Counted from the first letter of the stretch, positions 39,164-47,161 are shown. The stretch is 64,000 bases of DNA from an uncultured Candidatus Saccharibacteria bacterium (GCA_965231055.1 OZ246411.1:732500-796499); one strand, 5' to 3'. Program-made: numbers and translations. The notes: generated by a model not told the origin, from the letters alone.

Positions 39164-40945
39164 TCAAACTTTTTTAGAATCGCTTTTATTTCTACTCGCC
39201 TTAATTATTTCCATTATATCCATTATTGCTTCGGGAGAATAATAATTGGCTACTTGCCCTCTTTTATTTCTATAAATTTTTATATCATCAGTGCCAGGAT
39301 TTTTTGACTCATATGCCTTGAAAATGTTGTGAACAAACGAAAAAGATATGGATTCACCCTCGCGCTTTAATTCTTTGTAAATTTCATTTGAGTTTTTCCA
39401 GCCCTCTGGGGCATACTCAACGGCTCCGATATCTGCTTCTATTTTTCTCTCCAGCTCGTCCGAAAAACACTGTACAGAAATATTTTTCTTCCAAAACTCG
39501 CCAAACCATTCAGGATTAGTGGAGCGATATGATCCTGCCATTTTTGAAACAAGACTTTCGCTAACACCAATCCTATTCGCCATTGATTTTATAGTAAACC
39601 AACCCTCTGGAAGCTTGTCATGCTCCCTGGGCTTCAATATTTCTTCTTTAATTATTCTAGACATCTTTGGGCTAGCATAAAAAGCTAGTCCTTGACCTTT
39701 TACTTTTTGAAGTTTTTTAATATCTTCACCGCTATTATCGTCATACTTTTTTAATCTATCAATAACAGTATTCTTATCAACCTTCAATCTTTTTGAAATA
39801 TCCAAAGCAGACTCCCAATCGCTAGAAATATCTTCTTGATAACTAAGGGCAGTAGTAATTTTGTCAATCAAATCCGGAGAAAGATATGTAGAGCCCAGCA
39901 AACTAGTTTTCGAACGAAATCGTCCTTTCAACTTCCAACCATCTCCTTCGATTTTTTTAGCTATATTTTCAACGGTATAAAAATCAATTCCTAAATCACG
40001 AGCAACTTGACTGATTAGTTTCCAACCATCTGGAGGAAATGGCAACATCTCCGCTTCAATTTTTTTAAGAATATCCGGGTTATAATACTTTTTCCCTCCA
40101 AATTCTCGCATCAAAGTTGGATTGTTTTCTAGGTGTTTTTCGGCCATGGAAATGAAAGCATCTCTATCTATCTTCAATTGAATGGCAATTTTTTTTGCAG
40201 AACCCCAACCATTATCCAATAATTCATTCAACCCCAGCTCAGCCCCCCTGTCATACTTTTTGCGATCAAAATTACTATCTTGAAGCAGTAAAGATTTTAC
40301 TTCCTGTTTCCAGCTATCCACATTTCCTAGATATGGCAATTTTTCAATTTTATCACCCAACTCTTGCAGTTGTTGCTTAGTCATTTTTGAATAATTCTCC
40401 CAGTTTTCTATGGGGTTTTCAATGTCTTTAATGATATAAGTGGCATTTCCTTCTTCATTGTTTACCATAACTATTCTTGAGTTTTCTGGAAGTATAAATA
40501 GCTGATAGCTAAGCTTACGAACCATATTGGGATCGTTTTTACCACTAACTACTGAATATGGAATTTCCATATCAGAGAGAAGCTCCATTAGGAACTGAGT
40601 TCTGGGGATATATTTGGGCTTTTCGAATTTGTTTTCTCCTGTTGTAGCTTGTTGTATTTCACCCGCATCAGGCGGTAAAATCAATTCCCCTGATTGTATT
40701 ATTGTTTCTGGGAGTTGCAGGTTCGCCCCCTTTGAAATTAGATCATCCACATATTCTTTGACTTTGAAATGGGTGAATTCTTTACCCTTTTTCACTTCTC
40801 TGGTCACAAAGTCTCTGGCGTTCAAAATTTGTGCCATTTCAGAGACAGGAAGTCCTTCACGCAAATATCCCTCTATTCGCTTACTTGTCTTCATTCTAAA
40901 ATCTTCCCTCTTTCCTATTTCATTTGATTGTTCTGGATGGTTCAT
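39164..40945 (-). CDS. paralog-family protein C (conserved N-domain plus HTH-like W-repeat modules)
   Basis: MNHPEQS N-terminus; about 90% identity over first 200 aa to ORF 546..2309; four roughly 70-aa C-terminal modules. Confidence 0.7.
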   Translation of the reverse strand: MNHPEQSNEIGKREDFRMKTSKRIEGYLREGLPVSEMAQILNARDFVTREVKKGKEFTHFKVKEYVDDLISKGANLQLPETIIQSGELILPPDAGEIQQATTGENKFEKPKYIPRTQFLMELLSDMEIPYSVVSGKNDPNMVRKLSYQLFILPENSRIVMVNNEEGNATYIIKDIENPIENWENYSKMTKQQLQELGDKIEKLPYLGNVDSWKQEVKSLLLQDSNFDRKKYDRGAELGLNELLDNGWGSAKKIAIQLKIDRDAFISMAEKHLENNPTLMREFGGKKYYNPDILKKIEAEMLPFPPDGWKLISQVARDLGIDFYTVENIAKKIEGDGWKLKGRFRSKTSLLGSTYLSPDLIDKITTALSYQEDISSDWESALDISKRLKVDKNTVIDRLKKYDDNSGEDIKKLQKVKGQGLAFYASPKMSRIIKEEILKPREHDKLPEGWFTIKSMANRIGVSESLVSKMAGSYRSTNPEWFGEFWKKNISVQCFSDELERKIEADIGAVEYAPEGWKNSNEIYKELKREGESISFSFVHNIFKAYESKNPGTDDIKIYRNKRGQVANYYSPEAIMDIMEIIKASRNKSDSKKV

Positions 40946-40981
40946 AATTATATTCTAGAATTTATTCTTAAAAAATATTCG
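40946..40981 (-). promoter_or_regulatory. conserved promoter block of the paralog family (duplicate)
   Basis: cgaatattttttaagaataaattctagaatataatt followed by ATG. Confidence 0.45.
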
Positions 40982-41499
40982 GTGTTGCCACTTCCTCCTC
41001 TCACAGGACATTCAAAATAATCAGCAATTTTTATTTCATTAGAAGTCAGCTCCTCAACAGTTTTATCCAAAATCTCTTTGGGATTATCAATAACCCTTTT
41101 TCCTTTTATAAATTTTGCCAACTTCCCTACTTCATATTGAGGTTTGAGCAAAGATAGTATCTCCTCTTCTTTTTTGATCAATTTTAATGCCTCTGGCAAA
41201 ATTTTTATCTGTCTGGTCCACCCCACATCTATCACAATAAGATCAACCTTCTCTGGAAGCTCAACCCTCAACGCATTGGTTCTCTCCATAACCACCACTC
41301 TTTCATCTATTCTAAGTTTATAATCCAAAGAACCATAGGCAGTGTCTACCGCATAAACTTTTTTTGCACCATTTTTTAGCAAAAAATCCGTAAAGCCACC
41401 GACATTGCATCCCAAATCAGCACAAACAAAACCGGAGACATCAATATTCCAATGCTTTATCGCTGCTTCTAATTTTTCTCCGCCCCGAGATACGTACAT
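40948..41499 (-). CDS. tlyA: TlyA/FtsJ-like rRNA 2'-O-methyltransferase without S4 domain
   Basis: SRGGEKLE and DLGCNVGGFTDFLL SAM-binding motif; start placed at MYVSRGG because the upstream 37 codons are translated palindromic repeats. Confidence 0.65.
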   Translation of the reverse strand: MYVSRGGEKLEAAIKHWNIDVSGFVCADLGCNVGGFTDFLLKNGAKKVYAVDTAYGSLDYKLRIDERVVVMERTNALRVELPEKVDLIVIDVGWTRQIKILPEALKLIKKEEEILSLLKPQYEVGKLAKFIKGKRVIDNPKEILDKTVEELTSNEIKIADYFECPVRGGSGNTEYFLRINSRI

Positions 41500-41523
41500 A
41501 GAAAAATTTTCTTTATAATAAGG

Positions 41524-41592
41524 TACGGAACGTATATCTGCGTTCCCAATATATACATCCGAAAGTACGGAACGCACATGTGCGTTCCCAAC
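41524..41592. repeat. two tandem copies of a ~27-nt unit each containing a GGAACG..CGTTCC palindrome
   Basis: ggaacgtatatctgcgttcc at 41527..41546 and perfect 20-bp palindrome ggaacgcacatgtgcgttcc at 41569..41588. Confidence 0.6.
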
Positions 41593-41616
41593 ACCTGCGC
41601 TCCCAACCATTATTAA

Positions 41617-42276
41617 TTAGAATAACGCTGCGGCGAAAATTCCCCAAGGAAAACCAAATAGCCACTCAACAAAAATCACCAAATAAGCAAACCCGTAAGA
41701 AAAAAGATTTCCAGCGAAGAACACAAGCATTAGTAGCACAAAAAATCCATATCTTTCAAAGCCCAACTTAAAAGATGCGAAACGGTCTGGAATCAGAGTA
41801 AAAAGAATTTTTGAACCATCGAGCGGAGGAATCGGAATGAGATTGAATACAGCGAGAGTCAAATTTATAAATATAAGTATCGAGATAAGTATAAATATCG
41901 GCCTGTCTGGTCCTATATTTGCATATTCGTAAACAATCTTAAGCACAATCCCCAAAATAGAAGCCAAAATAATATTGGACAAAGGCCCCGCAACGCTCAC
42001 AATAGCGGGCCCCCATTTTTGTTTTTTGAGATTGTAATAATTTACCGGAACTGGCTTACCCCATCCAAATCCCGCAAGAAAAAGAAGTATTGTACCCGCA
42101 AAATCAAGATGCTTGAGTGGATTTAGTGTAAGTCTGCCTTCGTCTTTGGCTGTATAATCACCCAATTTATATGCAGCAAATGCGTGAGAAAATTCATGAA
42201 TCGTAATAGCCGTAAGTATGGCGATCACCCACATAAGACCACGAAGCGGAGATGTAAATAGTTCTACTATAAGCAT
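41617..42276 (-). CDS. site-2 protease family (M50) membrane metalloprotease
   Basis: HEFSHA HExxH motif in TM helix and LDGSKI motif. Confidence 0.75.
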   Translation of the reverse strand: MLIVELFTSPLRGLMWVIAILTAITIHEFSHAFAAYKLGDYTAKDEGRLTLNPLKHLDFAGTILLFLAGFGWGKPVPVNYYNLKKQKWGPAIVSVAGPLSNIILASILGIVLKIVYEYANIGPDRPIFILISILIFINLTLAVFNLIPIPPLDGSKILFTLIPDRFASFKLGFERYGFFVLLMLVFFAGNLFSYGFAYLVIFVEWLFGFPWGIFAAALF

Positions 42277-42439
42277 TTTATTGTTTTTTATTATTTTATT
42301 CTACCACAATGAAAAGCTAAATCCCAAAAATATGATTCTTCACGATCTCAGGGTACCAAGCATGTAACCAACGCGACTTTAGCTTGTCAAAACTCTTTCC
42401 TTATGATACCCTCTTTGAGTAAATATTTAAAGCAAAAAG

Positions 42440-42610
42440 ATGGCACGAGAATGTACAATGTGCGGAAAAGGAACTCAAGTGGTAAACAACAGACCACATT
42501 CTTTGACGATTACAAAACGTAAACAAAAGGCAAATCTTCAATGGACCACCCATAAAGGAAAAAGAGTTAGAGTCTGTACCGCATGCCTAAAGAAGCTTCA
42601 CACAAAATAG
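42440..42610 (+). CDS. rpmB: 50S ribosomal protein L28 (C4 zinc-ribbon form)
   Basis: 56-aa ORF MARECTMCGKGTQVVNNRPHSLTITKRK...VRVCTACLKK, below the ORF-track length cutoff. Confidence 0.6.
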   Translation: MARECTMCGKGTQVVNNRPHSLTITKRKQKANLQWTTHKGKRVRVCTACLKKLHTK

Positions 42611-42620
42611 ATATACGAAA

Positions 42621-42647
42621 AGAGCGCCATTGGTGCTCTTTTTTTAA
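42621..42647 (+). terminator. rho-independent terminator after rpmB
   Basis: agagcgcc att ggtgctct followed by ttttttt. Confidence 0.6.
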
Positions 42648-42709
42648 TCCCGCAAACGGGTTGCAAATGCTATTTCCGATTAGAACAAGTGGGTGCTCGC
42701 ACGAATAAT

Positions 42710-42841
42710 TCATGGACAAACCATCGAATTATTCAAATATTGAACTCCCTTTGCATTAAGTTTGACCGGAAAAGCAAATTTGTAACCTAACGCTTCGCGG
42801 GACAGCTTAATTGTATCATTATCATCTATGTCGTCAAGCAT
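42710..42841 (-). CDS. putative small protein (43 aa)
   Basis: ATG-initiated ORF MLDDIDDNDTIKLSREALGYKFAFPVKLNAKGVQYLNNSMVCP, located about 60 nt downstream (in gene orientation) of a CTGAAWA heptad array. Confidence 0.25.
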   Translation of the reverse strand: MLDDIDDNDTIKLSREALGYKFAFPVKLNAKGVQYLNNSMVCP

Positions 42842-42900
42842 ACGAGTGTTCAGTTTGCAGTGTTCAAAAGTCACGACTGAAATCAATACTTAGACAAAAC

Positions 42901-42928
42901 GTGAATACTGATTACTGAAAACTAAACA
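42901..42928 (-). promoter_or_regulatory. CTGAAWA heptad-repeat array (4 units) upstream of small ORF 42710..42841
   Basis: gtgaata ctgatta ctgaaaa ctaaaca. Confidence 0.4.
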
Positions 42929-43003
42929 CTTATTCATCCCATTGCAATGAGCTAAAAATATTGCTACAATTCACGGGTGAAATTAATTAATAATCTCAAA
43001 AAT

Positions 43004-43177
43004 ATGTACAAAATAGATAAAAGTAAATGTGCTAAATGTGGGACTTGCCTATCTGCTTGTGCAAGTGAATCCATAAAAACTAATAGCGATGGAAGTTTCG
43101 AAATAGACAATGCCAAGTGCATAGAATGCGGAGCCTGCAAAGCGGTTTGTCCAAACGACGCTATTATCGAAGAATAA
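43004..43177 (+). CDS. 2x[4Fe-4S] ferredoxin
   Basis: CAKCGTCLSAC and CIECGACKAVCP motifs; ATG at 43004 preferred over the upstream GTG at 42977. Confidence 0.75.
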   Translation: MYKIDKSKCAKCGTCLSACASESIKTNSDGSFEIDNAKCIECGACKAVCPNDAIIEE

Positions 43178-43208
43178 TTATTTCAAAAAAAGATAATCAA
43201 AAATCGCT

Positions 43209-43238
43209 CCAAGAAGGAGCGATTTTTTATTAAGAGAG
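43209..43238 (+). terminator. rho-independent terminator after ferredoxin
   Basis: perfect 9-bp stem aatcgctcc / ggagcgatt, 5-nt loop, then ttttatt. Confidence 0.7.
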
Positions 43239-43244
43239 CTGTAA

Positions 43245-43397
43245 TCATGGCTTTTTGCGCATTGCCTCAATTGCCTGTTCGGTATCTTTCAAATACTGAT
43301 CCGCCTTTCCAAAATCTTGTTCCTTAATAGCGAGGCACAAAAGTCCAGCAAGCAGCTTCGCTTTTTTCTGATAATCCTTCTTATTCAACATGATCAT
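43245..43397 (-). CDS. putative small helical protein (50 aa)
   Basis: ORF MIMLNKKDYQKKAKLLAGLLCLAIKEQDFGKADQYLKDTEQAIEAMRKKP between the ferredoxin terminator and ndk; no homology recognised. Confidence 0.25.
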   Translation of the reverse strand: MIMLNKKDYQKKAKLLAGLLCLAIKEQDFGKADQYLKDTEQAIEAMRKKP

Positions 43398-43440
43398 CTC
43401 CTTTTCTTGCTTCAACTCCAAGCAAACGAGCGTTTAGAAC

Positions 43441-44097
43441 TCAACACTTCTTAGCTAGCTTTCCGTAAAGTCCCATTTTTTCGTGCATTTTTGAAGTGTA
43501 ATTAACAACTTCATGTTTATCAAACCAAAGTTCAATTTCTTCTTTGGCTTCATCTACCTCTCCAGAGGCATGAACTAAATTATAAAATGGTCTCTTGTAT
43601 TCGTTGGCCAAATCAGCATTGTCCCAACTAAAATCTCCTCTAATTGTACCTGGCTCTGATAGTGTTGGAACAGTTTTTCCAACTAGCTTGCGTCCTATCA
43701 CCACCGCACCCGGTCCCTCCCAAACCATCGCAACAACTGGACCTGAAGTTAGATATTCTACATTCCATGCTTTTATCATTTTACCTATTTTTATAGGATC
43801 ATCTATTCCTAATCTTTTGATAGGATCTATACCTTTTTGTTTGTATTCATCTAGAGTTCTTCCTCCTGCTTTTTTATACCAAGCATCTGTGCTTGGATAG
43901 TGTCTATGCCCCATATCGTCAGTTGCAGATAGCATTTCCATAGCTACCAATTTCAAACCCACTCGTTCAAAACGAGACATAATTTCTCCTACAAGTCCTC
44001 TTGCCACACCATCATGTTTAACAATTATGAGTGTTTGCTCAAAGCGCCTGGAGGTTTTTTTGCTAGATACTTTTTTGGACATATAATAAGTTTTCAA
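43441..44097 (-). CDS. ndk: nucleoside-diphosphate kinase, long form with ~50-aa insertion
   Basis: LIIVKHDGVARGLVGEI, VAMVWEG, IRGDF and NLVHAS (catalytic His). Confidence 0.8.
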   Translation of the reverse strand: MKTYYMSKKVSSKKTSRRFEQTLIIVKHDGVARGLVGEIMSRFERVGLKLVAMEMLSATDDMGHRHYPSTDAWYKKAGGRTLDEYKQKGIDPIKRLGIDDPIKIGKMIKAWNVEYLTSGPVVAMVWEGPGAVVIGRKLVGKTVPTLSEPGTIRGDFSWDNADLANEYKRPFYNLVHASGEVDEAKEEIELWFDKHEVVNYTSKMHEKMGLYGKLAKKC

Positions 44098-44131
44098 TTA
44101 TTAACAATTGGCTTTCAGAATCATATAAACA

Positions 44132-44166
44132 ATGAATACTGAAAACTGAACGCTGATTACTAAAAG
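44132..44166 (-). promoter_or_regulatory. CTGAAWA heptad-repeat array (5 units) between the two ndk genes
   Basis: atgaata ctgaaaa ctgaacg ctgatta ctaaaag. Confidence 0.45.
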
Positions 44167-44768
44167 AAGGCTTCGTCCATTCTCTCATAATTTTCAAATT
44201 CGGGTTTATTTCCTAGCCATATTTTTATCTCACGCTTTGCTTCGTCTTTTTCACCAGATAGATGAACCAAATTATTCATTGATCTACCCTTAAAAGGAGC
44301 TGACAGCTGTGAATCATGAGAATAATCACCAATGATGGATCCAACATCAGCTGTAATAGGAGTTGTAGTGCCTCTGATTTTTCTCGCAACATTGATAGCA
44401 CCCACACCTTCCCAAACCATTACGATAATTGGTCCAGACATAATATACTCAATAAGTTTTTTTACTACTTCTTTGCCAATTTTTTCAGGATTATTTGTAC
44501 CCAAAGATTTCTTGGCATCTATATTAAATTCTTTGTAAGTAGCAAGCGTTTTTTCGCCGATTTTTTTGATCCACTCGGGGCCATTGTCATAGTGAGCTTT
44601 TACTTTTGCTAGTTCTGGCATCTGCATACGGCAGTACACTAGCTTGAGTCCAACCTGCTCAAAACGTCCTGTGATTTTACCAACCAAACCACGATAAACT
44701 CCATCGGGCTTTATCAGGCAAAGTACTTTTTCGGGTTTTGCTATTTCTGGAATCCTGGGAAATTTCAC
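44160..44768 (-). CDS. ndk: nucleoside-diphosphate kinase paralog, long form
   Basis: LIKPDGVYRGLVGKI, IVMVWEG and NLVHLSGE; the insertion sits at the same position as in the adjacent ndk. Confidence 0.75.
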   Translation of the reverse strand: MKFPRIPEIAKPEKVLCLIKPDGVYRGLVGKITGRFEQVGLKLVYCRMQMPELAKVKAHYDNGPEWIKKIGEKTLATYKEFNIDAKKSLGTNNPEKIGKEVVKKLIEYIMSGPIIVMVWEGVGAINVARKIRGTTTPITADVGSIIGDYSHDSQLSAPFKGRSMNNLVHLSGEKDEAKREIKIWLGNKPEFENYERMDEAFF

Positions 44769-44849
44769 TTTTGTATATTAAATATTATTCTCATATTCTA
44801 CTCTTTTCCTAAGAAATATCAACTGCTAAATCTCTGACATTTCCACACG

Positions 44850-45683
44850 TTATTTGATCAAGATATCTCCTATCTCATCAGTTCGCAAAATCTCTGCGCC
44901 AAAGTTTCCAATACGCTCAAGAACCTCTTTAGCAGGATGCCCATAGCGATTTTCCTCCCCCGCGCTCACCACAACTTTTTCTGGATTCACCGCCTTGATC
45001 CAAGAGTCACTATTTGAATATTTGGATCCGTGATGATTGGCATGCATGATTTTTGCAGACACATCAAGGCCTTTTTCTATGATTTTGTTTTCTGTTTCAG
45101 AGTCAATGTCACCAGACAAAAGTAGAATAGGAGCATTATTGAAATAAACTTTCATCGCAACAGATAAATTGTTTAGATCATCTTCTTTGCTTGCAAATTC
45201 ATCTTCAAAAAAAGGATGCAAAACCAAAAAACTAATACTATTATATTCAAAAGCATCTCCCAAATTTGCCCACTCTATTTCTACATCACTAGATTCCAAA
45301 AGAGCATCAAAAATTTGAGATTCCTCGTTTTTGGCACTATTTTTGCTCATTATCACTTTTTCAACTTCATATTTTTCGAGCACGTCTATTAATCCATTTA
45401 TATGATCAGCGTCTCCGTGAGTTAAAACAACTACCTCCATTGTCTTGTCCCAAAAGGGCATGTATTTTCCTATTTTTGAAAGCACTGCACTATTTGGTCC
45501 TCCATCAACCAGTATCTGAAATTCACCTTCTTGTATTAGCGTTGCGTCTCCCTGCCCCACATCAAAAAAGATTATTTCCGGCGCATCATTTTGCTCGTGC
45601 CTAGAAATTAGAACAAAAAAAGATAACGCGACTACTAGCACAAGCACCGTGGTCAAAATAATTTTGAATTTCGAAATTTCCAT
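44850..45683 (-). CDS. comEC: ComEC/Rec2 C-terminal metallo-beta-lactamase domain protein (own N-terminal TM anchor)
   Basis: HGDADHINGL MBL motif. Confidence 0.7.
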   Translation of the reverse strand: MEISKFKIILTTVLVLVVALSFFVLISRHEQNDAPEIIFFDVGQGDATLIQEGEFQILVDGGPNSAVLSKIGKYMPFWDKTMEVVVLTHGDADHINGLIDVLEKYEVEKVIMSKNSAKNEESQIFDALLESSDVEIEWANLGDAFEYNSISFLVLHPFFEDEFASKEDDLNNLSVAMKVYFNNAPILLLSGDIDSETENKIIEKGLDVSAKIMHANHHGSKYSNSDSWIKAVNPEKVVVSAGEENRYGHPAKEVLERIGNFGAEILRTDEIGDILIK

Positions 45684-47161
45684 TTTTTATTAAACTTTAC
45701 AAAAACTATTATACCGCAGATTAATACTAACCACACAATCAATTGCCAAAATTTCATCTCACCAAAATTCCAAGAACAATATTTTATCTTAGCAAGCCAA
45801 TGCATAATAAATAGCTCAAATCTCACACCAATATCAATGCCCACACCAAGAATCCTTCCAATAAAACTATTAAGAGAAGAAACAAAACCCAAAATAAATC
45901 CAGCAATCATAAAAAAAGGCATAAGTAGCTCCAAAATAAATGTACCCACAAAAGAAACCGCGGAAAAATATCCAAAATAGTAAATAGTGATTGGCAAAGT
46001 CACAATACTTGCAGACATTGTGGCTGAGATCGATTCTCTAAATTCCAAAAACGACGGCAAGAATTTCAGAAAATTTTTAAACAAAGAGGAAAGATAAACT
46101 ATCCCAATAGTAGCAAGAAATGAGAGCTGAAAACCTATGTCTTTAAATAATACTTGGGGATTTAGACCCACCATCAATGCCATCGTAAGTGCCAAAAAAA
46201 TCTCAAAATTTCTTCTTCTACCCAGCATTTGCGCACAAAGCACGATAATTCCCGTAATAGAGGCTCTGGTTACTGACGGAGAAATTCCAGCGAGAAATAT
46301 ATAGATAAAAAGAAATATCACGACAAAAATACATGCGATAGTTCTATTTATAAATCTAAGTGAGCTTAGTATTATTGCAGAGATTATAGAAATATTGATC
46401 CCAGAAATCGCAACCAGATGCAATGTGCCCGTGGATCTAAACTCCTCTATTATATCTTTATCGATATTTGAATACCCTCCAAACAAAACCATTTTAATAA
46501 ATCCTGAAGCAGGCAAATGCATAGATATATCAATTGCCTCACCAAACTTATTTTTCACACCAAAAATAAAATGCAGAAATCCACTCCCTCTTTTCTCCAG
46601 TTTCATATAGGGGCTATACGAAACTGAATAAATTTCTTTGGTGGCTAAATAACCAACGAAGTCAAAATCCTCAGCAAAATTTTGCGGAGAATTGATTTTA
46701 CCTGAAATCAATACTCTATCCTTGTATTCAAACTCTTGGTATCGAGAAGTGTAAACCAAAAGTTTTCCGCTAAACGCTATTTTTTCTTTCGTATCTTTCA
46801 GATCCAAAAAACAATTTTGCATTATTAGCTCTGTGTTTTTTTGTTTAACAAGCGGCTCCAAAGAAATTTCGCAAGAAATACTGAAAGAATCTTTGTCATT
46901 GAGCATGCTTATTGGCACATGCTTTTCATAAAATATAGGAACTATTACCCTAAAAAATGCACATGCAAAAACACAAATAAATATACCGATTATTTTTAGC
47001 TTTGTGTTTCCCAAGAAAACAAAAACAACCGAAACAAAAAAAGCTCCCATAAGAGCCAAAAGAATTCTAAAATCAGATAGATTTTCGGAGAAATAATCAA
47101 ACAATCCGCACGCAAAAGCGAATACCAAAAGACATATCAAAAAAACTATATGCTTCTTCAT
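45653..47161 (-). CDS. comEC: ComEC/Rec2 N-terminal polytopic membrane (competence channel) part
   Basis: 502 aa multi-TM; overlaps the MBL-domain ORF by 31 nt in a different frame. Confidence 0.65.
   Translation of the reverse strand: MKKHIVFLICLLVFAFACGLFDYFSENLSDFRILLALMGAFFVSVVFVFLGNTKLKIIGIFICVFACAFFRVIVPIFYEKHVPISMLNDKDSFSISCEISLEPLVKQKNTELIMQNCFLDLKDTKEKIAFSGKLLVYTSRYQEFEYKDRVLISGKINSPQNFAEDFDFVGYLATKEIYSVSYSPYMKLEKRGSGFLHFIFGVKNKFGEAIDISMHLPASGFIKMVLFGGYSNIDKDIIEEFRSTGTLHLVAISGINISIISAIILSSLRFINRTIACIFVVIFLFIYIFLAGISPSVTRASITGIIVLCAQMLGRRRNFEIFLALTMALMVGLNPQVLFKDIGFQLSFLATIGIVYLSSLFKNFLKFLPSFLEFRESISATMSASIVTLPITIYYFGYFSAVSFVGTFILELLMPFFMIAGFILGFVSSLNSFIGRILGVGIDIGVRFELFIMHWLAKIKYCSWNFGEMKFWQLIVWLVLICGIIVFVKFNKKWKFRNSKLF

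Noticed and set aside
37492-40945. Paralog family as an IS element or transposase
   Set aside because: No DDE/HUH/serine-recombinase motifs, no terminal inverted repeats or target-site duplications visible. The conserved flanking block is a promoter-like sequence on one side only.
41500-41610. N-terminal 37-aa extension of TlyA from the longest ORF
   Set aside because: The extension is a literal translation of two tandem palindromic repeats (periodic peptide GNAHVRSV...GNADIRSV), and a canonical Met precedes the conserved SRGGEKLE motif. The region is treated as non-coding regulatory DNA.
42611-42976. tRNA, tmRNA, 6S or other RNA gene in the 365-nt L28-ferredoxin spacer
   Set aside because: No GTTCRANYC T-loop or cloverleaf arms found on either strand. 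The features present are a terminator, a possible 43-aa ORF and a heptad array. A structured ncRNA cannot be excluded without covariance models.
16871-44166. CRISPR array or other long tandem repeat
   Set aside because: The only short direct repeats are the 7-bp heptad arrays (28-35 bp total) and the 27-nt pair near tlyA; neither has spacer/repeat architecture, and no cas genes are present.
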